DNA of 64,000 nt. Origin: Phoronis australis. Its lineage: Eukaryota; Animalia; Phoronida. The first letter of the stretch is position 1, and every line of letters begins with the position of its first letter. The translations under genes and the position numbers were made by a program. Positions 1 through 12,500 of the stretch are shown piece by piece. The stretch covers positions 562,747 to 626,746 of the forward strand of contig NMRA01000113.1 of NCBI GenBank assembly GCA_002633005.1, written 5' to 3'. Under the pieces are notes generated by a model, which was not told the origin of the DNA, made no database searches, and saw only the letters and a list, made by a program, of their open reading frames with translations.

Positions 1-463
1 CATTTATTTTAGGAAACTGATTCGCACGTGAGCTGATGAGAAGTTACAAGATAAGTTGTATAGCTGTACATCACTTGAATTATACATTACATTTTCTGTG
101 AGGGAATGCAGGTTCATGGCAGCCTCAACCATTACTTTTTCCGGATGTTGTCTTGTAATTGGGTTTACCAACTATTTAAACGGCAACACATGGAATTCAG
201 TTATTATGGCTAATAACATTGTTTAGGTATTGAAAAAATGTGACAGCTCACAGAGATAATGTGGTGTTACCCATGTAAGATACAAGTGTAAAATTTGCAA
301 GACAGTTGAAAGTTATTGGGAGACTGAATGTATTTGACACTTAAAGCAGTCACATGGCTTTGGCGTATATTTTTTTCTCAAAACTTCCAGATAAAAATTG
401 CTTTTGAAAATGGTAATATAGTTATCCCAAACTTAACAGTTCAATCTTAACTTTCTTTTTCAG

Positions 464-1685
464 TTTACACTAACAAATGTCAATGGTGTTGACATCACAG
501 AGCGCAGCTGCTCGTGTATTGCAGGAAAGGGATTCTGCCAACATCAAGTTGCACTACTATTTCAGACAAATCATTACCAAAACTTGAAGAAGATCCCAGA
601 AATTGTTACAAAAACAGACGAGCGATGCACCTGGACCATTCCCCCCCACGAACAAAAAGCTTCGCAATTCGTCCTGTCACTGATGTGATTGTCTATAAGC
701 CAGTCTTCCCCTCGTCAACTGGTGAAGCTTCATCAAAACACAAGCGGGTGGAACAGGGCGTAAAGTTAACTTTGTGGAACCCTCTTTCCATGCTGCTCTG
801 CAAGGTGCCAAGCATGATCAACCAGCTGATGCCCACGTATACAAATCAAGATAAGCCGCCCAAATGGGTAATGATTTGGAACGTCAGTGACAATTTACCT
901 TAGTAGACTCCAACTTTGGATCCCTAGTGAAGGGTTCCTTATTATCTTATCAAGAAAAATCAGTCCCAGAAATAGTTTTCTTGGGTCCTAGCACTCTCCC
1001 CGACTTGGACATCCCCTGACTACCCCCCATAGAGATCGACATGGATGGAGCAAGCGGTGTGCAGAAAGTTGTGCTAAAGTCTCTGCAAACGACGTTATTA
1101 GTCACTTCAGTATGAGCATGAGACAAGGAAGCAAAGCGAATGCCCGAGTGGTTTAGACTACGCGAGCTGCGACTAACAGCGTCAAAGTTTAGGACTGTAG
1201 CAGCCTGGCGTAGCAAGTTTGAGGAGTTGGCCACAGACTTGCTTACAAAGAAAGTCTGCAGTACACCAGCCATGCAATATGGTATTGACCACGAGGCTGT
1301 GGCTGCGAAAAAATACTCCGAAACTTTTGGAGTGATATTCACGACGTTGGCTTTGTCATTAACCCATCGGCTTGTCACTAAGGGTGCAGCCCTGATCGGT
1401 GCATATTTGACCCCGATGGACAGCCTCAGTGGGGACTTTTGGAGGTGAAATGCTCTACCAAGGAAACCCTTGCCGAGGTTGCATACTTGAATGACAGCGA
1501 GAATGAGTTGGAGCTGAAGCGTAGTCATACATATTATGATCAGTGCATTGGACAAATGGCTATCACGGGAGCAGAATGGTGCGACTTTCTTATTATGTGT
1601 GGGACACATACTTTTGTGAGAGAATTTTGACGGACAATGACTACTTTCGGGAAATGAAAAGAAAGTTGTCGTTTACATTATGATT
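464..1685 (+). pseudogene. SWIM zinc finger + YqaJ (lambda-exonuclease-like) transposon accessory gene, ISL2EU/Kolobok-type, frameshifted
   Basis: After acceptor ttttcag (461-463): SCSCIAGKGFCQHQVALLF (SWIM). Then across frames: EWFRLRELRLTASKF, AMQYGIDHE, GCSPDR, LLEVKC, HTYYDQCIGQMAITGAEWCDF (YqaJ PD-(D/E)xK motifs). Several frameshifts and stops. Confidence 0.85.
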
Positions 1686-3329
1686 TAAACAGTTTGATGG
1701 TAGCAAAGCAAAATGAGAATTTTTCAAAGAAATACAGTTTTCTGGTGCTTGCTTCCGCTTTAGTTAAATTGAAATATTACAATATTGCAAAAATATAATG
1801 TCCCGACAGTTAACCTGTAATTAATTAATCATTATAGCTTTCATATTTTTCTGTAGATTAATGCTAGATGACCATAGTTTATCTGAGCAACCGCACATGT
1901 AACGGGGATTTTAGACTACAACATGACAAGACAGTTTTTATAATACTGGATTCATGCAGGCATTAGCAAAATGTTTTTAAGTCATAAATTACATAAATTT
2001 CATATGCATAGGCAAATGCATGTCTTCCCTAAGTTGAACTGGCGTTCCCAAAAAGCGCTCATGTTTTCCTCGGAAAGGGCGCTTATGGTTGCTCTTTCGG
2101 GAAAATAATTCAAGCTGCAAAGTGCATTGTCTGAAAGCACCCTGGGCAATCTTTCGGAAATTCACAGTACAGCTGCAGGCAGTACTAGAAGTTACCGTAA
2201 GTTTACTTTTATTTCAACAAAACTGATTGCCAAAATTGACATTTTAAAATTGATCAAATGCTTAGAGCATTGTTAAAAATGCGCAAAGTTTGTGTTCGTT
2301 GACAACAGCTCTACAATGCACAAAATGAAGCAAAAATTTCCTTATTTGACTTACAGTCAACTGCAATGCACCATAAACTGCTAAACGATTGACTGCCTGA
2401 GGATTACGTCAACACTTAATGAGGAAAGTAATATGTGTTTAATGTACAGAAATGGCCAACTCCACAATACAACACAGTGTTTGTAACTTTCAAATACACG
2501 TTACAAAATGTCACCCTGAAAATTGGTCAGTAAGCAACACACACTCCAAATCTGGTTTGTTGACCCGACAAGTTACAAAGGAAACACACCCTTAAATATG
2601 TGGAAGCACTTCACTCTGCCAATAACGCGCTCCACATACACCCTCAAACGTGCAATGGTTAAATAAATTACGCAAGAACTACCTCCAAAGACAAACGAGA
2701 TTAGTAAATAGTGTTTCAAAAATCTTTTTGGTAGTCAGATATTTATGTTCAACAAGCAGCTAGAAGTTACCAAAGTTCCAGAAACACGTACGATTTGACC
2801 ATGAATGTGATCACCCTCTGGAGTCTGAGAGACTGCTTGGCAACACCCGGCAACAGGCAGAGTGAAATGACTGGTTCATTGAGTAATTCACATCGACGGT
2901 AAATCTATCCAAATGTGCTGAAACTGTAACACAAAGTCTTAACAACCTGCCGAATGTTAAAACACGGTTGAAAGGAATTGCAACAGTGAACTGACACATG
3001 ATCAAGGCATGTCGGCAGATATCAGTCGATCAATCTCGGCTGATCAGTACGAATTTCGTTTCGGAAATATGCGACGATAAAATATTTTTTTCAGCACTTC
3101 ATTTACCTTGAAATGTCTTCTAGGATCCCTTCAAATGTTACAACTCTATTAACGACCAAGAACTTCATCCTTAGGGAATTTATGAAACGAAAGTTTACAC
3201 TTATTTGATGAACTGCTGCAATGCGACACAAAAGCAGAACATGCTTGTTAAGGGGCAGAACTAGGTCACATCTGCTCGCCTCATTTTCAATCCGTATTTG
3301 TAAACATGACAAATGCATGAAAGTAGAGA

Positions 3330-5790
3330 ATAGTCACCATTCCATTTGTACATCAATACTTCATGGGATACTTAGTATTGACTTGTATGTTTATTTGTAT
3401 TGTAAATCTTGTGGGTTCAGTTGCCATCCGTTGAAATCATTCTCAATGTATGGCATTTCTTTTTAGCTGGAAAACGTGGTTGCATAACCCTAAGTCGCAT
3501 CCTCAAGTTCGTCTTTACTGTTTGATATTTACGATCTGTGCTTCGCCAACACTTATTTTGGCCTTTTATAGTCAAGAAAGAAGCCATTACAATATTGCAT
3601 AGTTCATCATCATTTGGTTTAACCAAGCCACGTGGACTTTTCCAGCACCGTGTTTGCTTCCTTTATATAACAACTTTGTGTTGCAGCTGATGGAACAGAA
3701 ACCCACCATCAAGTTCCTCCTGATGCCAGGTTCTGATGAGGGACAAATGACATCTCGGATACTGATCGAAATGTTTTGTGCCAATTTATACCCTCTTGGC
3801 TCAGTGAGAAGGGCATCAGAAGAGAAAATCTACAAAAGATTTATCAGATATACTAAAGATGTTGCAGGTAGATGTTGAAACCAATTGTAGACATAAAACA
3901 TGGAGCAGTATAAGAGTATACGCCAGACACACTGCCTGTTACTTAATACTTCAGCAATGTACAGCTACAGGTAAATATGAGAGTATACTGTCACTCTACT
4001 TATACTGTTAAAGTTTCAATTAAAATTCTTCATAAATACTTAATTAATAATTGAGAACTGCTGGCTTGAACTAAAGGAGTGAATATTTGTTTGTATTTCT
4101 AAATAGTCACCATTCCATTTGTGCATGAATACTTCATGGGATACTTAGTATTGTTGTATGCTTATTTGTATTGTAAATCTTGTGGGTTCAGTTGCCATCC
4201 ATTGAAATCATTCTCAATATATGGCATTTCTTTTTAGATGGAAAACGTGGTTGCATAACCCTAAGTAACATCCTCAAGTTCGTCACTGGGCTGGAGCGTC
4301 GTCCCATCCTGGACTTTTCTGTCGAGCCAACAATAGAATTTCCCTGCGCTACACCTTATCAGTGATTCCTACCAACGGCATCAACCTGCAGCAACATACT
4401 AAGACATCCCGTTGAACCATTGCCTTCTCTTAGAGCACCCGTTCAAGATAACCTGTTTGATATTTACGATCTGTGCTTCGCCAACACTCATTTTGGCCTT
4501 TTATAGTCAAGAAAGACGCCATTACAATATTGTATAGTTCATCGTCATTTGGTTTAACAAAGCCACGTGGACTTTTCCAGCACCTTGTTTGCTTCTTTTA
4601 TATAACAACTTTGTGTTACAGCTGATGGAAGAGAAACCCACCATCAAGTTCCTCCTGATGCCAGGTTCTGATGAGGGACAAATGACATCTCGGATAATGA
4701 TCGAAATGTTTCGTGCCAATTTATACCCTCTTGGCTCAGTGAGAAGAGCATCAGAGGAGGAAATCTACAAAAGATTTGTCAGATATACTAAAGATGTTGC
4801 AGGTAAATGTTGGAACCAATTGTAGACATAAAACATGGAGCAGTGTAAGAGTATATGGCAGACACGCTGCCTGTTGCTTAAAACTTCAGCAATATACTGC
4901 TACAGGTAAATATGACAGCATACTGGCACTCTACTTATACTATTAAACTTACAATTAAAATTCTTCATAAATACTTAATTAATAATTGAGAACTGCTGGC
5001 TTAAACTAAAAGAGTGAATATTTGTTTGCATTTCTAAATGGTTACCATTCCATTTGTGCATCAATACTTCATGGGATACTTAGTATTGACTTGTATGTTT
5101 ATTTGTATTGTAAATTTTGTGGGTTCAGTTGCCATCCGTTGAAATCATTCTCAATGTATGTCATTTTTTTAGCTGGAAAACGTGGTTGCATAACCCTAAG
5201 TCACATCCTCAAGTTCGTCTTTACTGTGTTTTACGCTCGGTTAACATTTGGCCAAGTAGGAAAAAGGTTAAAAAACACATGCCTGCTGCGTTCCTAGATA
5301 AGTATCCAAACACACGAGTAATCTTGGACTGTACGGAAATGTGGATTCAAAAGCCGTCAAGCTTGGTTTTAAATTCGGAATTTTATTCACACTACAAAGG
5401 CAGGACCACTCTGAAAGCTTTAGTTGGTGTGGCCCCGTCTGGCGCTGTGACATTTGTATCAAAGCTGTTCACTGGCTCCATCTCCGATAAGGCCATTTGT
5501 CAGGTCTCTGGTATTCTTGATCTTATTGAGCCAGGGGACGAGGTCATGGTAGACAAAGGGTTCGTCACTGGGCTGGAACGTCGCCCCATCCTGGACTTTT
5601 CTACCTAGCCAACAATAGAATTTCCCTGTGCTACACCTTATCAGTGATTCCTACCAACAGCATCAACTTGCAGCAACATACTAAGACTTCCCGTTGAACC
5701 ACTGCCTCCTCTTAGAGCCCCCGTTCCAGATAACCTGTTTGATATTTACGATCTGTGATTCGCCAACACTTATTTTGGCCTTTTATAATC
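3330..5790 (+). pseudogene. Tandemly duplicated (~935 bp unit, ~2.6 copies) C-terminal exons of a G2E3-like HECT E3 ligase
   Basis: Exon A (~3687-3868, ~4622-4802): LYPLGSVRRASEEEIY. Exon B (3467-, 4238-, 5173-): ILKFVTG...FLPTASTCSNILRLP...DLCFANTYFGLL*, containing the HECT catalytic Cys. AG/GT splice sites present; in-frame TGA present. Confidence 0.75.
5220..5563 (+). mobile_element. ISL2EU/Harbinger-type DDE transposase internal fragment (DDE_Tnp_4-like)
   Basis: WPSRKKVKKHMP...RVILDCTEMWIQKPSS...YSHYKGRTTLKALVGVAPSGAVTFVS...GSISD...GDEVMVDKGF. Inserted in the third HECT exon B copy. Confidence 0.9.
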
Positions 5791-5888
5791 TAGAAATGAA
5801 AGCAAATTGCCCATCTGCATAACCTGACTACGTCTGCACAAATATTTAATCAGCTGATGCATTGTGGTAACACACTGAGTAACCCAAA

Positions 5889-7420
5889 ATGGCGATTCAG
5901 ATAAGAGAGGTTGGAGATACTGTGTTGACTAATCTAAGCAGAGTGTTTACTTACTGACAGAAGATGTCCCAGGTGCTAAAGTAACGAAGCGGTTTGCAGC
6001 GTGTTCTGTCCCCGAGTTGAGGAGATGGCTAAAATATCGCGGCGCAACACTGAAAGGAAAGCATTCTGACCTTGTGCTAGTTTTCATTTGTAACGTTAAG
6101 AACACCGGTCGGTGGTCGACACCGGCTATTGCCTTTAAGATTTATTCAATATTATCGACCTGCGTCATTTATGGCGACCACCTGTAACATTTTAGAATCA
6201 CATGTGATTTTGTGCAGCTGATTTCACGCGTTTGTTGGATCAGAAAGAAGTGTTTTTAATACCAGTTTTGGACCAACATGGTCGGTGACATTTTTAAGTG
6301 GCCGCATGTCTGAGTGTCCAAAGCAAAATCAAGGGAAACATTAGTGCACAAGGAAGAAGCCTCTGTAAACGGATGCTCAAACTAATTTTTGTTCTGACTG
6401 CACAGTCTCAATTAAAAATGACTATTTTATTTAATACAGAAGACAGTGGACAAACTTTTGGTTGGGGATTTCTGATTCCCACTTAAATGTTACTGCATGT
6501 GCCTGTGCTATTATTTAGTTTAGTGTGTCTGGTCTGGGCTATGATTTAAACCTTGAAAATATAATTATTTCTGGCGGTGTTAATGTTTACAGATGTGACG
6601 TCATTGATTAAGTCAATTCAAAATTAATATATAACACGTCATTTGCAGGTGTGAGCTGTATGCCAGTGACGCAGAAAGAAGCAGTGAAATCATTGATCCC
6701 GACGGTGGTCAGTGGAAAACCATCAAACAAATAGGCCACACAGCAGTCTCCAAGACCACTTCACCATTTGTGGTGTCTGAAAGTCAGTGGGCATCGTCAA
6801 CCCAACCAATTCCAGAACCCTTTGAAAGTGGTACTATTTACCAACATGTTGGGAGGCAGGCCGGAATAACATCGTAGAGATGGTTTTCCTTTATTCAAAT
6901 GTGACAAGGTAGTCAGGATGAAAATAAATCCATGTACTGGCCATAATCACATAGCAGTAGAATGTTTTGTTGAGGCCAGTTTCTCAATTTCTGTCCAACA
7001 CCGCATGAACATTGTACTTAACAAAGTCACAGGAAGTCTTGTTTGGCCATTGCAAATGCAAGGGTAGTGCAGGGGGGAGATGTAAGCATGTGACTGCAGG
7101 ACTGTACAAAATTCTCGATCTAAAGGACAGTGACTCCCCCAATGTGCCTGAAGAACTTGCCTGCACCCAGAAGCCTAGGGCATGGGAAACATATGGCACA
7201 AATAAACAGTTCAAGGTATCAGGAAAATTTAGTGACTTGGTATTTGTCAACCACCAGTTAGGAAAGGACTCTAATAGTCATTTGGCAAGAAATGAAGCGC
7301 CGAAACTATAATTCCGTGGGCACAACACAACTTACAAAAAGAAGGTTGGACGATCTGCCTGCTTCATGGCTGGAGAAGAGGCGGACATTCTAGGCACACA
7401 TCATTACTCAACCATCTAAT
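5889..7420 (+). pseudogene. SAP-like + SWIM transposon accessory gene, second paralog, truncated before the nuclease
   Basis: Exon 1: TEDVPGA...ELRRWLKYRGATLKGKHSDLV. Exon 2 from 6649: CELYASDAERSSEIIDPDGG...HCKCKGSAGGRCKHVTAGLY...ACTQKPRAW. Confidence 0.75.
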
Positions 7421-7484
7421 GTAAGTTCAAGTAAGATATGAATCTGAGACAAAACATCCACAGGACATGAAACATTTGATATTA

Positions 7485-7850
7485 GTTTAGTCATGGTGAA
7501 AGCTCGAGTAGCTCCAGTAAAAAAGATGACCTTGCTATATTTGGAATTATTAGGTGCTTTAGTTGGTGCAAGATTGTTGAAATCTGTTCATAATGCCCTA
7601 AAACTAGGAAATGATGTTTCTTATAATTGTTGGAGAGACTCAAATTGTCATAGCATGGATTAAAGGGGATGCTTCTAGATGGAAAGTATTTGTCATTAAC
7701 AGAGTAAATGAAATACAAGATTTAACTGATCCCTCACATTGGAATTGAAAGTTCTGAGAACCAAGCTGACCTACTGACCAGGGGAATTACTGCAGACATT
7801 TTAATTGGGTAAAATTGTGGTTTGTGGTTAGAAGGCCCCCCTGGTTATGT
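7485..7850 (+). mobile_element. BEL/Pao LTR retrotransposon RNase H fragment
   Basis: LVMVKARVAPVKKMT..LELLGALVGARL...RWKVFVINRVNEIQDLTDPSHW...ENQADLLTRG...PPWL, across frameshifts. Confidence 0.9.
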
Positions 7851-8026
7851 AAACAAAGTGAGTATGAAGTGACTCTGCTTTGTGAGACCGATTTGAACTT
7901 TGACAATACCCTTTGTGCAAATCTAAATGCGCTTGCACAAAATCTTAGTTCGGCTAGAGCATCATGGGATCGTTTGAGGTTACAGCGTGACCAAGTCTGC
8001 AGCTGTTGTTCTGTAAATTGCGAGGC

Positions 8027-10591
8027 ATGGAGAAAAACTCACAGAGGGCGATGTTTTTGGTGCAAACATCGATGTGCCGTTCGAGGCAGCAAGTGTGACA
8101 CAGCTGAAGCGCTGGCTAAAATGCTATTGTGCGCAGACTACTGGAAGGAAACCAGTCTAATTGAACGGTAAGTACATTTGACACTGGAGTTGTAAGGCCT
8201 ACACCGCGACGTGGTCACAACGTGGAACCACTCGTAATCGGGGTTATTAAGAGCTTTGAGGACTTCAATATATTTTTTATTTGTCACACTTTAGTGTACC
8301 CCGATGTTCCTTGCGAGATATACACAGCGATTAATTATGCCAAGGCCAGTCAAGGGGTACTATATGTTTGCTTAGTTACAGTGCTGTTCCTATTCTGCCC
8401 AGAGACAAGGCACAGATAGAGAAGGGAGTAACTGAACGTGCAAGTAAGATTGCATGTAATGAACACCCTAATGCTTAATATTAGGTCATTGCTGGAACAT
8501 GAATGGTACAAAAGGTAATTTAGGAGTTCTCATACTTAATTCATTTTGCCTGTGCTCACTCTCTGGTTCATATACCTTCCCATTATCCATTGCCTGGTCC
8601 TCTTATTCTATCAATCTAGGACTATGGCCCCTAAAGCTTTTGACTGCTCGACCAGAATAGAAAATTATCTAGTTTTCTAAATCATGCGGAGTAGGGCCAT
8701 GGTATTGCTGGCTTTGTGAGCGGAGTTCAGGCGTGCGTAACTTTCGCAGGTTTTCCCAGTCAGGGGTATCACCATTGTTGGGCTCAACTGTGGCTGATGC
8801 AGAGCTTGAAATTTTCCTTTTTTAATATATTGGATTTCCTCTACTTTGGTTTTGATTCCCTCCTATTTTATTTCCAGTTTCCCTTTTTGTTATTTTTCCT
8901 ACTGTTATTTTTACTTAATTCATGCATTGAAAAGCCTTTATTTCAGTTATATTTTACAACACAAAAATATTTCTATCACACAAGCATATTTATTTGCTGA
9001 AAGGATACATCGCCTGGGAAATTTTCCTCTTGATATCGTTAACCGTTCCAAGCCCTGTGTAATCCAATTGCCCTCTGGCAACCAAATTTCTGAAATCTGA
9101 TTTGATGAATGGGAAATTCACAACAAGTCTACGATGACCGAAGTGAACTCGTATTATTAACTGCATTTTTGATAACAGCTAACTCGAAAGCTTGTGGGGC
9201 ACTGTGGTCTTGTCTTTGTTTTCAAACGACTTAAATGTCAGGACGTTCTGGTACATTTCCCATTACATTTAATTGAAGCAAGACAGGTTTTATTATTTAC
9301 TGTCACAGTATTGTTCTAGCTGTTACTTTGTCACTGCAACCTACATTTATGTTCTGACTAAACACAGCTTGTAAATCTTCAGACAACCTAATTATCAGGA
9401 CCTAACCGTCGTAACCGGACAGTGCCACAACGGAAATTGGTGTAATTTATTTCTCAGGTTTTGCTTTAGGTAACATTTTATAAAACACATGGTATTTAGG
9501 TCAGTTTGATATTTAGGTACACTATGCGTACTTCAAATGAACTAGTTTACGCTTATTGACTACAGGAACAATGCTATAAGTTTCAAGTTTGCACTCAAAA
9601 TCTCAATTTTGTACTCTAGTAAGTTTGTAGCTTGAATGCAAACATGGAATGGGTAGTAGTCTACTTAGCACAGATTAATAGACACATAATAGAAGGGAAA
9701 TGTCAAAAATAGTTTCGATTTCGAGTACAAAGATTACAGGAGGCCCTTGTCTATTGAAACCCATAAACCTTTGACTTTTTCAGGCACTGTCATGTGAAAT
9801 CTTCTGTAAGATACATGTTAATTTTTGCCTTTCAGTTGTTACACATATGCAAAGGATCCAGAGAGGGCTGCCAATATTATCGATCCTGATGCTGGGACAT
9901 CAGCAATGGCAAAAGCAGCATTAAAAAGAAGCCCTTTGTGCCAACAGGGCACGAAACAAAGTCTTTGTCAAACCTTCCCGTACTGTTTAGTGATGGCAAA
10001 ATTTCTGAGTGGATTGGCCATGAAGCTGAGAAACACAGAACATCTGGCTATACCATGTTTAAGTGTGGACTCGTTTCACAAGTACTTGTAATGCCCAGTG
10101 AGAACTTCTCCTGCAATGCTGTGGTGGGGGCAAGCTTTGGAAAAGACCGTTATTCTGTAACAATATCGCTAAGCAGCAATGGGCACGCGTTGCATGCAAA
10201 ATGCAAGTGCAAAGCCGGTGCATCCGGGAAGTGTAAGCACGTGTCGGCAGTGCTATTCCAGCTCAACGACTGGCGTCTGAGTGATACAAGAGAAATTCCA
10301 GAAATCCTTGCCTGCACTGAGAAACTGAAGGTGTGGGGCGTTCTGAAGAACAACCGAGGGTCAACCGTCCAAAAGTTCTCTGACTTAAACTTTGTAAAGT
10401 TTGCCCCTGGCAAAAGTGAAAGAAACCGAGAACATAGTAAGAGGTGGCGTGATTACATTTGTTTGCCGCCCAATAAGCTGCAGCTTTCAAAGTCCAGACT
10501 CCAAGATCTGTCAGAGTCTTTGAGTGGTGTACGGACTGTCTTCAGCAGCATCATTGCAGAGTTATGTTCACAGGCAGTCTATTATTTTTAA
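8027..10591 (+). pseudogene. SAP-like + SWIM transposon accessory gene, third paralog, two exons
   Basis: Exon 1 (8027-8167): LTEGDVFGA...QLKRWLKC...SLIER|gtaag. Exon 2 from ~9836: CYTYAKDPERAANIIDPD...AKCKCKAGASGKCKHVSAVLFQL...ACTEKLKVWG. Intron position matches the 5889 paralog. Confidence 0.8.
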
Positions 10592-11124
10592 TTTGAGTGC
10601 CTTCACAAGTTGCCCTGGTGTGGTTTACTACTTAAAATTTAGTCACCTATCTTGGGCTTTTGAAGCAAGTAAACAAAACTGCACTCTGCAACCTCAAATT
10701 TTTTGCACAAGTGGCTTTTGTCAAGGCACTCTTCAGCTTTAGTCATACATAGTATAAAGTGCCATCTATGGTGAATAAATTAGCCTTTGACATTAATCAT
10801 TTAAAGATTACTCTTAGTGCAACGGATCATAGCTAGTTAGACAACTTGTTGCTGTATTTTTCTGACTGCTATATGTAACTCGACCAACTCCATAAATTTT
10901 AACAAGAACATGTTTTTTTTTCAGAGTATTAGACCAGACGTGGAACCGGTCGCAAGTGATGTTGCCACTGCATCTATTTCGAGAGTAAATAGTCTTGACG
11001 TCAACGTCTCCAGCTTGAGGTTTTCGCCAATGAGATAAATATAGCATATAGCTCAGTGGTTATCGCCAAAGAGAACAAAGACGCATGCGCATATGCCATA
11101 TATTAGTTGTGTGTTTGGTTGCCA

Positions 11125-11411
11125 GGATTGACGAAACAGAATCGACGAAACTGGATTGAATTCACGAAGCGGGATTGAATTCACAAGATGATAGGATGGA
11201 CAAAACAGAATCGATTAAACAACATTGAATTCAGTAAACAGGATAGACTATACAAAACAGCATGGAGTTCACGATATGGAATCCATGAATATGGAATAAA
11301 TTGATGTAACAGCATTGAATACACAAGATAGGATTGAATTTTCATACAGCTGGCACTGAGTTCATTCAATGGAATTGAATACACATTTTGATGTTTTTTA
11401 GGCTGCCCATA
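11125..11411. mobile_element. Probable DNA-transposon terminus (TATGG..., IS3EU-like) with subterminal ~20-bp repeats
   Basis: Degenerate GATTGAATTCAC repeats at 11125-11385, ending in GGCTGCCCATA (reverse complement TATGGGCAGCC). Confidence 0.4.
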
Positions 11412-11934
11412 CTATTTCCCATCTGCAGTACTAAATTGATCAGTGATTGAAATTTTACAACCGTAAGACAACTCACTTGAACACAGATAATTCTAGGTAT
11501 GGCACATCAGTCATGCTAACAAAAACTGAAAACCTTTGCTATTAATTTTATTTCAGATGATGAACTGTAATACTCCACTGAAAAAGGATATTATGTCGCA
11601 AGCTGTTATACTCTCACGCACACAATACTAAAAAAATGCTGCATTAAAGCAGAGGTAATTGGATTTTATTGCACTCGTTGACATTCAATTCAACAATGAT
11701 TTGCTGGAAACCAGGCCCGTGTTTATATGCAGCTCATGCATTTCATTTTGTTCAAAACTCACGCAGCTGAAGAAATCAGCAAGAATAGAGGTTAGCAATC
11801 TCATTGCTCAGTCTGAAGATCCAACAAAAACATGTAGGGGTAGTTCGGGGAAACTCGGAGAGCGGTAAAATTCGGACAAATCTAAATGAATGTCAAATAA
11901 ATCACAACCTACCCACCCTTTCCAATAAGCTTCC

Positions 11935-12042
11935 TGTTTCATTAAACAATTGTATGAATTTATTTACAATGTTTCATTAAACAATTGTATGAATTTATTT
12001 ACAATGTTTCATTAAACAATTGTATGAATTTATTTACAATGT
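11935..12042. repeat. Perfect 35-bp tandem repeat x3
   Basis: TGTTTCATTAAACAATTGTATGAATTTATTTACAA three times. Confidence 0.95.
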
Positions 12043-12109
12043 ATCTTTGAATTGCAAAAGGTTTCAGGACATTTGAGGCATGCTCATCACCATACCTCGA
12101 TCGGACGTC

Positions 12110-12500
12110 TGCCTTCAAGCAGTTTATGAAAATAAGCCAATTCCTTGGGGGTTGAAAGTATTTATGCTTTCGGAATCTACATCTGGCTACATGGTGAATA
12201 TGCAGGTGAAGGATGGCACTGCGAAAGGTGCGACTCACGACATAGTTATGAAGGTGTGGCACCAAGTGTTTATGGATAATTATTATACTAGTGTCCCCCT
12301 CTTCCAGGAACTGTTGCGAAGAGGGACATTAGCCTGTGGGACTGTGCGTCCAAACCGGAAAGGACTTCTTGGGACTATGAATAAGAACACTCGTGTTGTA
12401 AAGGCACTGAAACGAGGTGAATCCCTCACCCGTTTCAAGGATTCCACGACGGCCACTACGTGGAAAGATAACAAGATTGTAACCGTATTGACAACACGAT
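12110..12500 (+). mobile_element. piggyBac (PGBD-like) transposase fragment
   Basis: NKPIPWGLKVFMLSESTSGY...VFMDNYYTSVPLFQEL...ACGTVRPNRKG...LKRGE...WKDNKIVTVLTT. Confidence 0.92.

Noticed and set aside
950-1609. 219-aa minus-strand ORF and similar antisense ORFs
   Set aside because: Shadow frames of real + strand coding relics, with no protein motifs.
1140-1630. YqaJ as a phage or bacterial contaminant
   Set aside because: Fused to SWIM, preceded by a spliceosomal acceptor, and typical of eukaryotic transposon accessory genes.
2580-2960. Possible BED finger/hAT remnants (MWKHF, YPNVLKL)
   Set aside because: Too degraded to support a call.
3733-3750. CTGATGA as a hammerhead core in the HECT repeat
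   Set aside because: No stem II or GAAA partner; it is coding sequence (SDE).
8500-9260. Purine-rich minus-strand stretch, and an RIHRLG motif on +
   Set aside because: No recognisable domain in any frame. It could be an exception to the strand bias and needs BLASTx.
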